In this document: piece by piece, positions 13,400 through 27,900 of the stretch
Layout: each line of letters opens with the position of its first letter
How positions within the stretch are numbered: the first letter of the stretch is position 1
Source of the DNA: Azolla caroliniana
Taxonomy: Eukaryota; Plantae; Polypodiophyta
NCBI GenBank assembly: GCA_043228905.1
Contig: JBHGNT010000001.1
Coordinates: forward strand, 2,790,001-2,854,000
Length of the DNA: 64,000 nucleotides
Direction: 5' to 3'
Translations under genes and position numbers: made by a program
Notes under the pieces: model-generated
Seen by the model: only the letters and a program-made list of their open reading frames with translations
The model's database searches: none
Told to the model about the DNA's origin: nothing

Positions 13400-14880
13400 A
13401 TCTTCATCGAAATGAATTGGAGGGCACACGAAATTTGTTCAAAGGATATGGAAGAAATATTGCCATGTGGCACAAGATAATATTAAGATTCCTCAAGACA
13501 AAGCACAATTTTATGTTGACCATAGTAGACACCATCCTTGTGTTCTTAAATGTGGTAAAAATGTATTCTTTCATAGTCCTAAAGCTCCACACTATTATGG
13601 AACTTTCACAGTCCTAAAGCTCCATGGTCATGATCTTAAGGTGTGTGGCGTAATGGTTTTTGAGACGGTTTACAAGCATGACGTGCGCCATATGTATGAG
13701 AGTAGTGGTGGCTAAAGTTCCTATATGGCTCTGAAGACGTTTAGCACGTACTAATGTGTATCAAACATTGGGGGCTGATGGTATGGAACTCACAATCTCA
13801 ATTTTTGCTAACATTTCCTCTACTTGCTCTATGGTGACTCTTTGGGACATTGTGAGTAGAAGTACGAAGATATGGAAAAACTTGGCAATGTGGGATTGCC
13901 ATTCCATCCCCAAAAAAGATCGATTCCCTATGATTTTCATTGTTTCAATCCAGATCAAAATTTGTCCAAACTTTCGTAGGTCAACATTCTCCATCATTTG
14001 TTGAATGGTGGTGGATTCCATGTACAAGGAGGCATAGTTCTTCCAAATGTGGTCGAGTAAGTTTAACAAGTGAATTTGGGTGTCCTCATGTATATTGGCC
14101 ATGGCGAGCAATGATCTCCATGTGCGTTACATCTCAAGACTCACAGTCTCCAAGGTTTTGACATTCCTCTAATTGCTCTATGGTGACTCCATGGGATGTT
14201 GTTAGAAGAGGTAAGGATTTGTCGAAGAAATTAACAATGCGGATTTTTTCATCCATCCGAATATAAGGGTTGATTCCCTATGTTTTTGAAACTTGAGCAA
14301 GATTTGGCCTCTTTGTAGAGGGTGGATTACTTCTCTCTAATGTGGTTAAAAATTGGGGACCTATGGCAAAATGTTCATCACTTTTGATCTCTCCTTCAAA
14401 CAAGTTGAAAAATCGTTCAACTCTAAGAATATTAAGTGCTCATCCTATCTTTTTGAAAAATCTTTCAACTTTAAGATTGTTAAGTGCTCGCCCTACCTTG
14501 ATCTCTAGTTTGGTGGGAGGAAACTTTGAAATGGCCAAGTGCTTTGTGAGCACTAAGGGATAGGTAGACATCCATGTACCTCATTCTTTGTATGAATTCA
14601 TCCTATGAAAAGTTCAAGAAATTATCTTGGTTTCCAAGAGGATAAAGAAATCTCTAAAACTAAGCATATCATTTCTTATACGACATGGAAGTATGGCGCA
14701 ACATCCCCAACTACTAGATCGATTTTCTTGACACATTTTGTCAATCATACGTTTCGATGATATAATACTACATGTTTGAAGTACTATATCATAATAACAC
14801 GAACCAATGACTAGCGGATGCTCTATTCTATTTGTGTCTGTCCACATGGAAGGGGGGGGGGGTGTCCATGGTGTCAATTA
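13400..14880 (-). pseudogene. Decayed ORF of unknown family with an internal repeat (probably TE-derived)
   Basis: Long open stretches on the minus strand broken by stops and frameshifts. The peptide LLT.S..VTIEQ.EE occurs twice (DNA repeats ~13810-13945 and ~14160-14290). Confidence 0.4.
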
Positions 14881-15899
14881 ACCCACACATACTTTGGTGC
14901 TTTGGCGCTTTGGCTCTTAGAAGCATGCATATGCCATGCATGATGGCACTATATCAGTGACCAGTCATTGATGCATGGCCAGCACGGTTGCATATCATGG
15001 TGCCATAATACCAGCATGCATGTCAATCATTGAAGCATGGCTAGCAGGGTTATATATCATGGTGTGAGTCGATCAGATCTTTTACAGCTTAATGGTTCAC
15101 AACTTTTTCATGTGTGTGTGTGTGTATATGAGGCGTGCAAAGGGGAGAAATCAGGGTTTTTATATGGAGTTTTTCTTTATTATATATTAGGGTTTCTCGT
15201 TTGTTGTTTCTTTTTGTCAGAAATCGGGTTTCTCATTTGTTGTTTCTGATAAGCAACGAGGCTTTTTAGATATAAGAAACTTTGGAGAGAGATCAAGAGC
15301 TGATCAAACCGAGACGAAGGGAGATGGAAAATGATTCTTTGCATATCGACTGGCACGGCATTGCCACATTTCCATTGGTTCCGTACACACCAAACTTTTG
15401 TCAGATTCGTAACTTCATGTGTGTATGCCTGTGTTTTTGGTTTGTGAGAGAGGGAGAAAAGGAGATAAATTCTCCAAAGAATTGAGAGAGAACAAGGGCT
15501 GATATTGAACAAACATAAAGGGGAGGTGGAGAACGATTCTTTGCATTATTGTATCAGCAGACTACTTCCCATTGGTTGCATACATCCCAAGATTTCTTTG
15601 GCATCATAACTCAAGTGTGTGTGTGTTATTGGTTGCGAGAGAGGGAGAAAGGGGCTGAGAATTTCTCCAAAGATAATGGTGATTTTATTTTATGGAAACC
15701 CTTGATATTGACAGTTTGTGGAAGATTGAACATTAATTCGTCCTATATCCAATGGATTGTATACCAAGGGATTCTCCCAAGATGTGGAGGAGAAGCAATT
15801 CAATCTTGGCGGCCTCATGGGCTAATCCATAAAATAGGTATCAAGAATGTATTCTTTTGAATATGAACAACATCTTGGCATTTATTCGATTTGTTATGT

Positions 15900-17300
15900 G
15901 CTAAAGTGGGGCACATTGTTGGGTACTATTTTAATGTGGTATTGTATGGCCCATTATAACAGAATGTCCACAAAAAGAGAGTGATGGTGAAGCTAGGGCC
16001 ACTGAAATGGTGATAGAGGACTATCACCAGTACTACATGAGAGGGAAAATTTTACTGTGGAGAATTTGAAGGGTGACATATGATTCAATGGATTCATGGG
16101 GCAACTCTTGGATGCATGTTTCAATCTGCACAATGTAGGTCTATGTTGAGTTGGTTGGAGTTGATTTATGTTATGCATACTTTGGATTTAGTGCCTGAGG
16201 TAGTAGACATTACCATATATTGAAGACAGATTCTTCTAGACCATCATCAACTTGTCTTAGATTGTACATGACAGTTGATTGATCAGTTTCATGCCATTTT
16301 AGGAAAACCCCCTTTGAGGGTCAATTCATCATTTCTTCATCATAATGTATATCAAAGGGCAATCAGACAATTATTGGCTAAATTTACAGACCATATCGGA
16401 GATGACAGGTCTTACAAATGAGATGTGTTGTCACCAATGCAAAAAAAGTGTCTAGATATTACGGTATACACATGCCACCATCAAAACACAAAAAATTCTA
16501 GTCATGAAAGAATTGGTGGAGAGATATAATATGTTGTTGAAGCATTGGCCTATAAATGTGGAGCTTCGGGAGATGCAAACTATTTTCATGAGCTCAATTG
16601 AAGATGATAATCCCCAAATCATATAAGTTTTTCCTACCCTTACATGAATCTCATGTGAGATATAATGTGGTCAGCCTACTAGTCAATGTAGAACACATGG
16701 AACCTCAATTCAGAGTGGAAAACTGTGGAATATTTTACAGAATTGTTTTATCATACCATCAAGAACATTGGATAATGTTAGGCATGACCATAATAGTTTT
16801 CTGAACCTAGTGCAAAGACAAGTACCTCAAAAGACAACAGAAGTCTTGAGGCAGATTTTACAGAGGAGCTGGAAGGAGTGATATTGCATTTGCCCAATCA
16901 TAGACGTCTAGATTGCGATGGACTTACCATTGAAATCTTTAATAAGACGTATGTCCAAGAGTTGACGGGACTACTTAATGATGTTTGAACAAGTTCAGAA
17001 TTCAAGAATCGTGCGTAGATCATGGAAGATTGGACTTATAAATTTGTTGTTGAAAGTTCCCTCTCCATCGTCATTTACTCATTTGCAGTCAATTTCACTA
17101 ATGGTCATACAAGATATTTTCCAAGGTTTTTGCTAAAAATAGGCTGTAACAGAAGTTCCTGTCATTACTTGTTCACAAACGGTTGTTCTCCTTGTTGGAA
17201 ACTTCTGGAAGGGTGACCCAAGATCAGTTAAATGTTTGTAGGCTTATAGGAAGTCATGTCTGCCATTTGCATTGGTTGTTAGGTAACATAATGGAATGGT
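15900..17300 (+). mobile_element. Highly degenerate L1-type LINE remnant (endonuclease to RT start)
   Basis: Degenerate motifs in the expected order: SDH-like (LDHHQLV, ~16237), K(S/A)PGPDG-like (LPNHRRLDCDGLTIEIF, ~16890-16940), PISL-like (~17087). Confidence 0.5.
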
Positions 17301-17734
17301 CCATTCCGAGGAATTATGTGATCAGGGACACAATGAGGAATCAAATAGGGCCTTTTTGATATTGTATCCCCATCTACTGTAGCTATACAGTATGAAAATA
17401 ATACAATCACTATTTATGAGAGAGAAATAGAATAGAATAGATGTTTTATCATCCTTGAGGCCAAATTTGACCTTTGGGACTAAATCACATATCATGTTGT
17501 ATGACTCCTTCCTAAGAAGGCGGGTTACTACTGTGTAATAAAAGCTCTCAATGTGAAGAATAATGCTTGCACAAATGTGTGCACCCTTCTTGGTGGACAT
17601 TTGATCATACCACTTATGTTATAATGCCCGTCTAACAAGTCACCATATTTCTCGCCAATTACCTTATATGTTGAGCATGCAATTACCTTGCACAGTTTGC
17701 ATATCTTCATATTGGGTGATGATTTCATGATGCT

Positions 17735-17773
<39 letters not shown>

Positions 17774-19289
17774 CATGATGCACACGGGTGATGAGTAAGA
17801 GTGTGAAAATATGCTTTGAAAATCTCTGGGTATGAGCTACCTAAAGATATAAAGCACACATACAACTATCATCGAAGCAGAAAACTCCAGCTGTAACAAG
17901 GCCTCGGTTGAAGAGGGGCAACACAAGACGATGAATGCCCGTATGGAGTCTTCACAAGAATGTCACATGGTTTATGCAAAAAGGCAGAGATGTGATATTA
18001 TGGATGAGTCATGGAAGTTGTGGTTAGAACATGTCCTAACCAGTAAGATGTATAGTTTTGGATTGTTGCAATTGAGTGCCACTTCAGTTTAGTTTTGATG
18101 GTCAAGGAAGGGTACTCCGTTTAGTTCATCAAAATTCAAGCAATGAAGCACAAAACATTAGCATCCATCAACCTCAATGCAGGTGCCATCAATTAGTAAT
18201 TCTTATGCTGTTTTGGGAGATTTGTTTCATTTATATCTCTTCTTTCCCTTGTACTAGGAAGGGAAAGAAGAGATACAAATGAAAATCAAAACATAGTCTT
18301 AAGAAATGAAACTAACAACTTGGAATGTGTGGTATTGGAGTTGTGGAGAATGTAATTCAAAATTATGGGGATGTTTTATGCACAGTTGAACATAAGAATC
18401 ATAGAAATGTTGGTTCCACTATTTTTCTTATAGTGTATATTTTATGCAGGGATAAATCAAGAGGATTATTCAAGAGTTATTTTGTTTGTTAAGGATTGAT
18501 TGAATTCAATTGGTGCCCACTCATTTTTCTCAGATTTTACGTAAGCCACCTTTCTACAACATCAAATTTTTTATCCATATATGAGTCAATTGATTTTTAT
18601 GTTTTCATAATTTGTTGAATGGAATAGGTATGTTTGGGGGCAAGGTAGATCAATATGAAGTTGGTAATTAGTTTGATGAAAGCGTGCTACTTGGGATATT
18701 TTGGTTAACAATATGCACTAAGTATCTAGATATTATGAAAGGCAAAATGTCTTACTGAAGAATGAGAGGGTACATTTACTGCTTACTTTGATTGCTAGAT
18801 ATCATTGTTTGCTGAATGTTTGGCTAGATGACGTTGATTTATTGGCAATCAAATCTATTTTTATCAAGTATGGATGCAATAATATAGAGTTATCATCGAG
18901 TTTGTGTGCATAAGATATAGCAAGAGGTTATACACAATAATAGTTGGACACTTTCTTTCATGTTCTTCATGAGTCACATGCTAGACATAACGTGGTTAGG
19001 GTGGAAGAGGATGATGAGATTCACTGTGATCCACGTATCATCGTTAAAAGATGTAAGGATTCTATTATTTGATAGAATTATTTTATTCAAATACAAATGT
19101 TGACGAGCATGTTTGACAAGCTCACATTGTGTTCTTTCGGGTATAAGAAATCATACAGCTCATTAGCATATGCATGCCCTCGAGGCCAATAACTTTGAGG
19201 TGGATAAAGTGTTGCATTTCTTGTTCGATAAAAATCCTAGTTAGGGTGGCATAATCAATGACTCATCGAAGCATTATGTTTTGGAGTTC

Positions 19290-19640
19290 TTCCACATTTA
19301 TTTCAACAACATTGGAGTTCAAGAATTATGCCACCCACTTGGAAGATTGGTTTCAATAAGTTGTGGTCTAAGGTTCCCTTTGCATCACCCTTTAATTAGT
19401 TGAGACCATTTTTTTTAATGGGAGTATATGAGATATTTACAAAGTTTATTGCTAATAGATTACAAAAGTTCTTACCCATGATTATGCATTAAAAACTCAA
19501 TATGGTTTTCTTGCATGCATGAACATTTTGCATAATATTTTAAATCTACAAATGTTTATGGATTATGTTAACAAATTTGAATACGAGCTAATCATTGTAC
19601 AGATAGATCTTGAGAAAGCTCGTGATTTGGACTTAATTTG
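19290..19640 (+). mobile_element. Degenerate LINE reverse transcriptase fragment
   Basis: With frameshifts translates to YEIFTKFIANRLQKFLPMIMH...QYGFL...ILHNILNLQMFMDY...IIVQIDLEKA, the conserved N-terminal part of non-LTR RT. Confidence 0.8.
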
Positions 19641-19814
19641 ATGGACATGTCAAATGGAATTTGGTGGTATGTCTAAGATTGATACCCAGTGGAGATGCTT
19701 TGAGAATGAGAAACATTGTTAAGGAGACGTGTTTCTTTTACATAATTATGGTAGATCATAGTTGAATTTGGTTTTTTTTGTGTGTCTAGTGGGAACATAT
19801 ATTTGGATTTCTTT

Positions 19815-20357
19815 GACTAGTGTTTGAAAAGACCTTTTGATGGCTCTTTGGACAAGTCAAATCATTAGTATTACCAATTTGGTTTCAGTTCGTGTTTGAT
19901 TATTTGAGGTTTTGGGGTTATGGCATGACTAGTGTATAAGAAATGAGTTTGTTTTTGGTAGACAATATGGAATCTATAACCACATTGGAAGGTTAAAAGA
20001 TGGTTTCTTTGGTTATTTTATTTGTTGGAAAAGTTAGGTGATTTGGATGAAGAGGAATTGTGATTGTTAATTAGTATGATCTTGGCAGACTAGTGTTTGA
20101 AAATACCTTTTGATGGCTCTTTGGACAAGTCAAATCATTAGTATTACCAATTTGGTTTCAGTTCGTGTTTGATTATTTGAGGTTTTGGGGTTATGGCATG
20201 ACTAGTGTATAAGAAATGAGTTTGTTTTTGGTAGACAATATGGAATCTATAACCACATTGGAAGGTTAAAAGATGGTTCTTTGGTTATTTTATTTGTTGG
20301 AAAAGTTAGGTGATTTGGATGAAGAGGAATTGTGATTGTTAGTTAGTATGATCTTGG
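19815..20357. repeat. Near-identical tandem duplication, two ~273-bp units
   Basis: Units start GACTAGTGTTTGAAAA at 19815 and 20088 and differ at only a few positions. Confidence 0.95.
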
Positions 20358-23300
20358 TAGGGTTATGGTTTCAATGCTCTAATTGTGTGGTACTCCAATT
20401 ATTCTTTAAGAAAAAAAAAAGACAAATCAAATGAGAGATGTTTTGGCAAATTGACAAAAATAACTCCATAAATAGCCCTTCAAATTTCCTTTTTTTGTAG
20501 TACATTTTGATGAAGATAGTACCATTAGCATAAAGTATCTCCACGTAGAGGGATTGTCATTAATCAAAGTAATGTGTTGCTATATTATTAATATAAACAA
20601 AGTTGTAAAGAGCTCACATGACCAACTTACGTACGTTGGTGAAGACAAAATCGCTAACAGCATGATACATCATGTCAATGTAATGAAGGCTTAGTAAGTT
20701 GCAAATGTTAATAAATGAGGAAAGTCGAAGAACAGACAAAAGAATAAACTTTGAAATTTTGCCCTTCTATTTTTACTTTGAAGCTTCTAACAAACCCTTT
20801 ACCATTTGAAGCCCTCGAAGCCCTAAAACTTACGAGGGATATTCAATATCCTACCTCTAAAACTTAAATGGATATTCGACATTCTACCTTTAATTATTAA
20901 AATTAAGAGGATTTTCTTTGTTTGCACATAAGTTCTCTCATAGGCCATTGGATGCTTGAAAAGACATCCCAAAGAAGAATATCATGTAATCGCAAGATGG
21001 ATATACAAAGAAGAATATTATTTCGTAATCATAGAGAAACTTTAGAATATAATGAAATCATTACCTAGAAAATCCTATCCCTAGCATTATATAGACCCAT
21101 GATGCTCTTTTGTACGAACTAAAAAACCTCTTAAAAATTTGTCCTTTTTTCCTTCCTTATAAACATCATCACTCTTGGTCATGTATCTTGTCTTTGCAAA
21201 TATTGCAATGACATGGGTTGGGGTATGTGAATATTTTCAATTTGGAATGGCCTTGCCTTAAAAGAGTGTTTACCAACATGCCAACTTGACAACACATGTT
21301 TCATTAAACTCACAAAAAGACCAAATAACATGGAAGCACACCTCAATATCAACAACAAAAAGAAAAGATTATGTGAAACACAAAACCAATTGTGATCTAT
21401 GAGACATACGCACAACACACAGAAGAAATGCACACATACATATCTTGTAACGCCTTCTTAGTTCAAATATGATGATAAATTAGGCCACATATGGGTTCTG
21501 TTTGGACCTAATAAATAATAAGCATTGCTACGCAAATAATGGTATGTAACAAATTCCAACATTGAGAAGGCGTTGAAGTTTGAGAATCTAAACAAACCAG
21601 TTCCAATGTCTAAGATAATTCACACTCGATTTATTTAGACTTTCACCTCTCAGTTATAATTTCTTTAATGTTGTGGAAGTCAATTAAAACATTTCCTTGT
21701 AGTTGCTATCAGCAATCACAATTTTAATTTGATATCATCTCCAATGTCATAGAGGTAAAAGATACTTTCTCTTTTCGGACTTATACTTATAAAAACCTTT
21801 TAAAACTAGTGATATATAAGGTTTGAATAATGGCCACGCATGATGGAGAGTCCTTTGAACTTTCAAAACATACTCTCTTTAAATTCTTGAGATAAACTTT
21901 TGTCTATTATTTTGTTTTATGCAACCAAAGTCATTACACCTAAATAATTTTCTTTTATTTATAAAGTCATATATGTTCCCCATGCATATCCTATTGGCAA
22001 AATACGTGATCTATTCCAAGCCACCAATGTATGATTAACATTATGGTGCACGCTCATATAGAAAAGTTGCATTATACAAGATAATATACTCTTGATTGAT
22101 GGATCACCTTGGTAATCCATAGCCATATGTTGCACATAGATCAACCTCTTGGAGTGGGACTACCATGGAAATGCCATTGGAGAAACATGATTGCCAATTG
22201 ATTTTGATGTTTATTTGATTTGATTGCCAATTACACAAACAAAGGAGAGAGTAACTAATCAATAGTTTGAACTTAACCTTGGGCAAAAAAATGGGGTAAT
22301 TACCTATGTGTAGGTATTTCATGTATAGCCTTAGGGCATTTCTTAATATTAATGCAATACCTTTTTCTTGAAAAAAAAAGGAGAGAGGAATTGCTTGCAC
22401 AACACTTTCTCTTTCTAACACATCTACACATACATTGCCCAAGGAGCTCCCTAGAGCGGGATGCCTCAATGGGAGCTTTCATTCAAGCTCAAACCCATTA
22501 TGTACCGTCAATTATAATTATGTCATACACCATGAGGGGCACTACACGCTTTGCCACATGCCCTTCTAGTTACATCATCACAACCTCCATATTTGGCATC
22601 ATCCTTGTGCTCTCTTTATTGTGGTAGCCTTATATGCTTGACTTCAAGTGAGACTCCTTTTTGGCAAATGTCCTCCTTTTTGTTTAATCATCTAAGATAT
22701 GATCTCCGTTTTAATTGTAATCATTCTAATCAATATCTAAAATTTCTAATCAAGAGAACAAAATTGTGTCATGCCCATGTTGAGGAGCCTTATAAGTTTG
22801 AAATTCTAAATCGAGTAGTTGTTATGTGCAAGATACTCTAGTGAATTTAAGAATAAATTAAAACCTTTCGAAGTAACTGTTTGTCAATTAGTTCTATGTA
22901 GCCGTAACAAGAACCATTAAATAGTACATTTACATTTATTCAAGGGATATCTACTTTTATCCTTGTATTTCCATTGACTTACTCATGCACTTAGAAGTCA
23001 ATGGTAGTGTTTTCAACCATTGAAAAACAAATTTATAAAGCCATACTTTTAGGATGTAATCGTTAATGTGTGGAAAATCTCAATTAAAAAATGTAAAGAT
23101 TTGTGATGTCAAATCCATTTCTTGAGACTCAATATGTATGCAATAATTTATTATATCAACTTAATGGGGATGTCTACATGATGTACAAAGGGCGTGCCAA
23201 CACATTGTGTTGTAGCAGTTCTCAAACCGTGGAGGGATGGAGCCAAGGGGAGTTGTACCAACCTCTTTCAAGAGGCTTGTTTATTTGTTTCAAAAATGAG

Positions 23301-24981
23301 AATTTATCTAGGCCAAATAAAAAGAGTGAACGAAAGATAAGTTACCTTGGCCCATTTGAAAGGCCCATGAGACATCTCATTGTCAATTATATTGTCATGG
23401 TAGAGGGGTTTCAATTATATTGTTGTCTCCCTTGAAATTCCTTTTAAATAAGTTCCTTTGCCTCCTCCCATGTACTCTATTTATGTTAAAGTGAGTTGTG
23501 GGGCCTCTGCTATGTGTTGTAAGCCATTATCCCTAAAATTACGACACACACATATGTATATATATGTATGGGCTTAGCAATGATATAAAAAAGGCACAAC
23601 TTGGTTAGTGGGTCGCAACACTTTTTTTGTGTGTTGTTTGTTTAGTAACCCATAGGTTTTGCATATTCGAAAGTCAACTGCACTTCAAGTATCCTTTAAC
23701 CCTGAAACCCACGTGGCCACATTTTCAAACCTATTCCATCGTGATGGGTGCTCCAAATTTCCATTCCTAACTTTTGGCTCATGCTACCAAGGCGTTAGAC
23801 ATTGCAAGTTGAAGCCCTTTTGGTGTTTCACAAATAAACAGAATATTATTGACATTGAGCAATATCAATGTCCCCACTCACACTAAACAATCTCCAACTA
23901 ATAATCCTTAAACTATATTTTGCAAGCTTGTGGCCATCCTTATTTCAGCATGATGATGATACAACTAGTATTTGACATTGCCCAAGGCATAGTACGTAAT
24001 ATACTCGAATGCATTGGCAAACATTCTTTTTCATACAAATGCAAACGAATGCATATGTTATCAAAACATTCTTATGTTTTTACCTTAACTTTCTTACCTT
24101 ATAATAAATCATGAATACAAAAGTATGGTATTTACCATACTTCGAGGGTGTTTACCCTTCTCGAATGCGAATGCACGTATGGTACATGTGGTTCATATTA
24201 TGGTCCAAGGTGCTTGTATTCTCCTTATAATACCCTCATGTAAACAAAATATAAAGTCCACAACATATTCACGGCATGTAATATCGTCATTAGTTTTTGT
24301 CGTTCCATGGTATCTCAATGCTTTGTGAAACTCCACATAACGAGAGATGTCTATCTTCTTTCATGCGCATGGGGTCTATAACAATGTGCCCCCCATGAGT
24401 TAATATCATTAAATGAATTGATACATACCGGGGTGCCCGGATCGGCAAAAGCACGCATGCGCCATCAAACAATACAAGAATAATAAAATGAGTAGGACGG
24501 ACAGAGATCCAAATAATAGATGGAACTTCATATTAAACCCTTAGGTTTTATTTAGAGCATGCAAATGGGAAAGAAGAATTACTCTTCCAACTCTCTCATC
24601 TCTTGAGTCAAAAATATATATGTTATTTTACAAAGAGAAACAACACTATACAAAGGGGGGTTCACAAAAAACAAAAAAAAACAGAGCAAAACTTTCTTCA
24701 GCAAAACTTTGGCTATATACAACACCACCCAAACTCTACTCTCTGTAACAGAAAGGAATGGTAAAAGGTTAGTCATCTCCTTCCTTTTTCCTTTCTTTTG
24801 TATCTTTTCGTTCCATTCCTTTCTACTTTCATGCTTATACTAGCTTTTGGCTTTTTTTTAATCTCTTTTTTCAGCCTTCCGATTATGATTTTATGCACAG
24901 GCAATCATCCCCATCTCCATATTCAGGGTAGCTTTATGTTGATTTGACTTTCAATCCCATTTGGAATTGCTAATTGTGGAC

Positions 24982-27900
24982 TCATGCCATGTCTTCCTCT
25001 GTTTTCCACACTATATCTTTCAACCCTACTGAGAGCTCCTTTTGGAACTGCAACATATGGAAGGAATATAAATAGAGAAAAAAGAAGAAGACTCCATCCA
25101 ACTAAACACAGAAACATAACAAATTCTAGAAACATACATTGAAAAAATGTGTGTCATAATCTTTGGATTAAGGACGGACAGACAGACAGACAGACAGAGA
25201 CTCCAATTCAAATTCACAAAGATAAGCACGGCTTACATCTCTGTACTCTATTGTATCCCCGCTTGTTTTCTTTAAGTCCACCATGAACAATGATGGTCCA
25301 ACTTCGAATACCTGCAATAAGCATGTGGTTAACAGTAGTAGGCGCGGAAGAACGAAAAACAAAATGCTTTGCTACGAGACGCCATGTCATTCGACTGATT
25401 GTGGAGCAAAAAAACCCAAATATTGCTACCAGAATTTAGTAGAATATTTAGTAGAATACCCCAGCCCCAAGTTTTCCAACACTACCAGTATAACCCCTCT
25501 CTGGTAGTAAACATTGAATTTCTTAGGGATATTCTGGTTATGGTGGAAACAAATATGAGTGTTTTGGTGTTTTTCCCTTGCATCATACTTACTTCACTAG
25601 CCACTGTCAAGCATCCTTTTCTTCCGGGCTTTTCCCGTTGCATTTTCATCTGTGTTGTTTTATATCAAGAGTATATTAGCAGTGCACTCTTACATACCCA
25701 GAAAATCAAACCGACATGAGAATCTGATTGTATACCTTGTAATTGCTTTTCTTTGTCTTGAACCCAAATGTGCTTGCAAGGGCTGCCATTTTGTTTAATA
25801 TCTCACTAGCTGGATGTCTGGAAGTGAACCTAGTTTCACTCTTTGTCAAACACTGTCGTCCCAAAGGCGCAATTTAGTGGCATGCCATGACAGTATCTTG
25901 ATTTTAACTCATTCTTATCATATAACAGCTTTGAGGATGGAATCCTTACCTTCTGCTCTTTGAAAAGCCCAGATAAATCAAGTCCATGAGACATGGAAAT
26001 AAGTTCAAATGCATTCACAAGGGCAGGTCTGGTTTGCTCCACAATAACATTCTCCTGAACAAATAAATACCACGAGTCCATTGCTAAAGAGATCAAGCAC
26101 ATTGATCCTTATGTGGCATATCTTCTATAGTCATAAGAATGCTATTGCTAAAGAAGTCTGGTTTTTTGTTCTCTCTCCAAAGGGCCTCCCAAGTTTTGAT
26201 TATTTCCAGAATGCCCTTGGTCAATCCCAAGAGGATTATGAATTGACCAGATAATCCTCAAGTATTGTGTTCAACTTTGACCTTCCAAGTATTCAGACAG
26301 AATATGGTTGCCAAAAGGGGGTTACATTGACCATCAAAGGGCATTTCAGAGAATAAGGAAAACCCTGTTGGCATGCCAATAAATCAAAGGTCAAGCCAGG
26401 ATTGAGAACATGATTACCACTAACCTCTCCACTACTAAATACTGCATTCACGTCGTCAACATCTATATCTTCACAAGAGCACACCATGGGAGTGTCCCCC
26501 ACTTTGAACCATTCATCAGATAATATTTCAGCCATGGTTATCCTCTGCAACAAGAAACCTCTTGAGTTTCGAGAGACAAGAGATGCATCTGAGATAATAA
26601 AGAAATCATATGGAAATAAGCATCTATCGTTCGCCTACCGTTTTGGGATCAGGATTGAGAATTCTTCTGATGATGCTCTTGACTCCTTCTGAGAACCAAG
26701 AGGGGAAAGTAAAATCAGCCTCCTCGATCTGAAGTAACAAGGTAAGGAATTGTGTGTTAAGGCTATAATTGATATAATTCGATAGTTTTGAAAAAGGAGA
26801 AGAAGGGCTTTTACCTTCTTGTACAGAGAAACAATATTATACTCATCAAAAGGAAGATATCCAGCTAGAAGCACATACAAGATAATTCCACATGACCATA
26901 TATCTGCAGGAGCACCATCATACCCTTTCTCATTGATGACCTACATTATGTAGGAGACGATGGAATCAGTTGGGTTAAATCTAACAAGCTCAACAGTTTA
27001 ACAAGGATCATACTTAAGTATGGGGGAAACTGGGAAGAAAGAGAAAGGGGAACTAATTGACCATGTAATTGGGTAAAAAAAGAACTAAATTGACCACATA
27101 ATTGCTTTAATTGAGAAATTGACCATATATTTGGTGAGATAGCTCATATAATCGCTAAGGGTAGTTAATCAAGGGAATTTGGTGCAATAAAGAAAGATTG
27201 GTGAGTATTGTTGAATTTTTCCGTAATTAATATAGACATGTACCTCCGGAGCAACATAATTTGGGGTCCCACAAGTGGTGTGGAGCAGGCCATCTTCCTG
27301 GATGAAACATGGAAAGTAGTTCAGGAATGAATGCAAGGAAATTAAGGAACATTGAGCACAAATGCTTCAGTTCCAAACCTAATCAAGATAAGCTTGAGAA
27401 TAAGCATTTTGAACCATTTTAAGGGGTTCATGGAAATGCTTCTGTTCCTAACAAAATGAGAGTAGACATTTTAAGTGATTCTGGAACTGTTTATATACCA
27501 CTTACCCGACGTTGTTGTGAGAGAGCACTTAAGCCAAAGTCCGAGATCTTGAGATTTCCATATGAATCCAGCAAGAGATTTTCCGGCTGAAATATATACA
27601 TATCTTAGATGCATGGAGTCATTGCAAAACAACCACGATGATTGAGAGGCAAATGAATGTACAAGCATGAGTTAATTAATAGAATTTGTGCCATAGGTGC
27701 ACCTTAAGATCTCGGTGATAAACCCCTCTACTATGGCAGTAATCAACAGCATGCACCAGTTGTTGAAAGTACTTCCTGGCTTCATCCTCTGGGAGTTTTC
27801 CATCGTGTACCTATGGACAACGAATCAGTTCAGTATTAGTGAATGAGAGCAAGGTTTATCCAACATAATAGTGAATTGAACTTGCAATATATACAGAGGG

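Noticed and set aside
27703-27740. Apparent frameshift in the CIPK catalytic loop
   Set aside because: Careful reading gives an intact [12 protein letters not shown] in frame.
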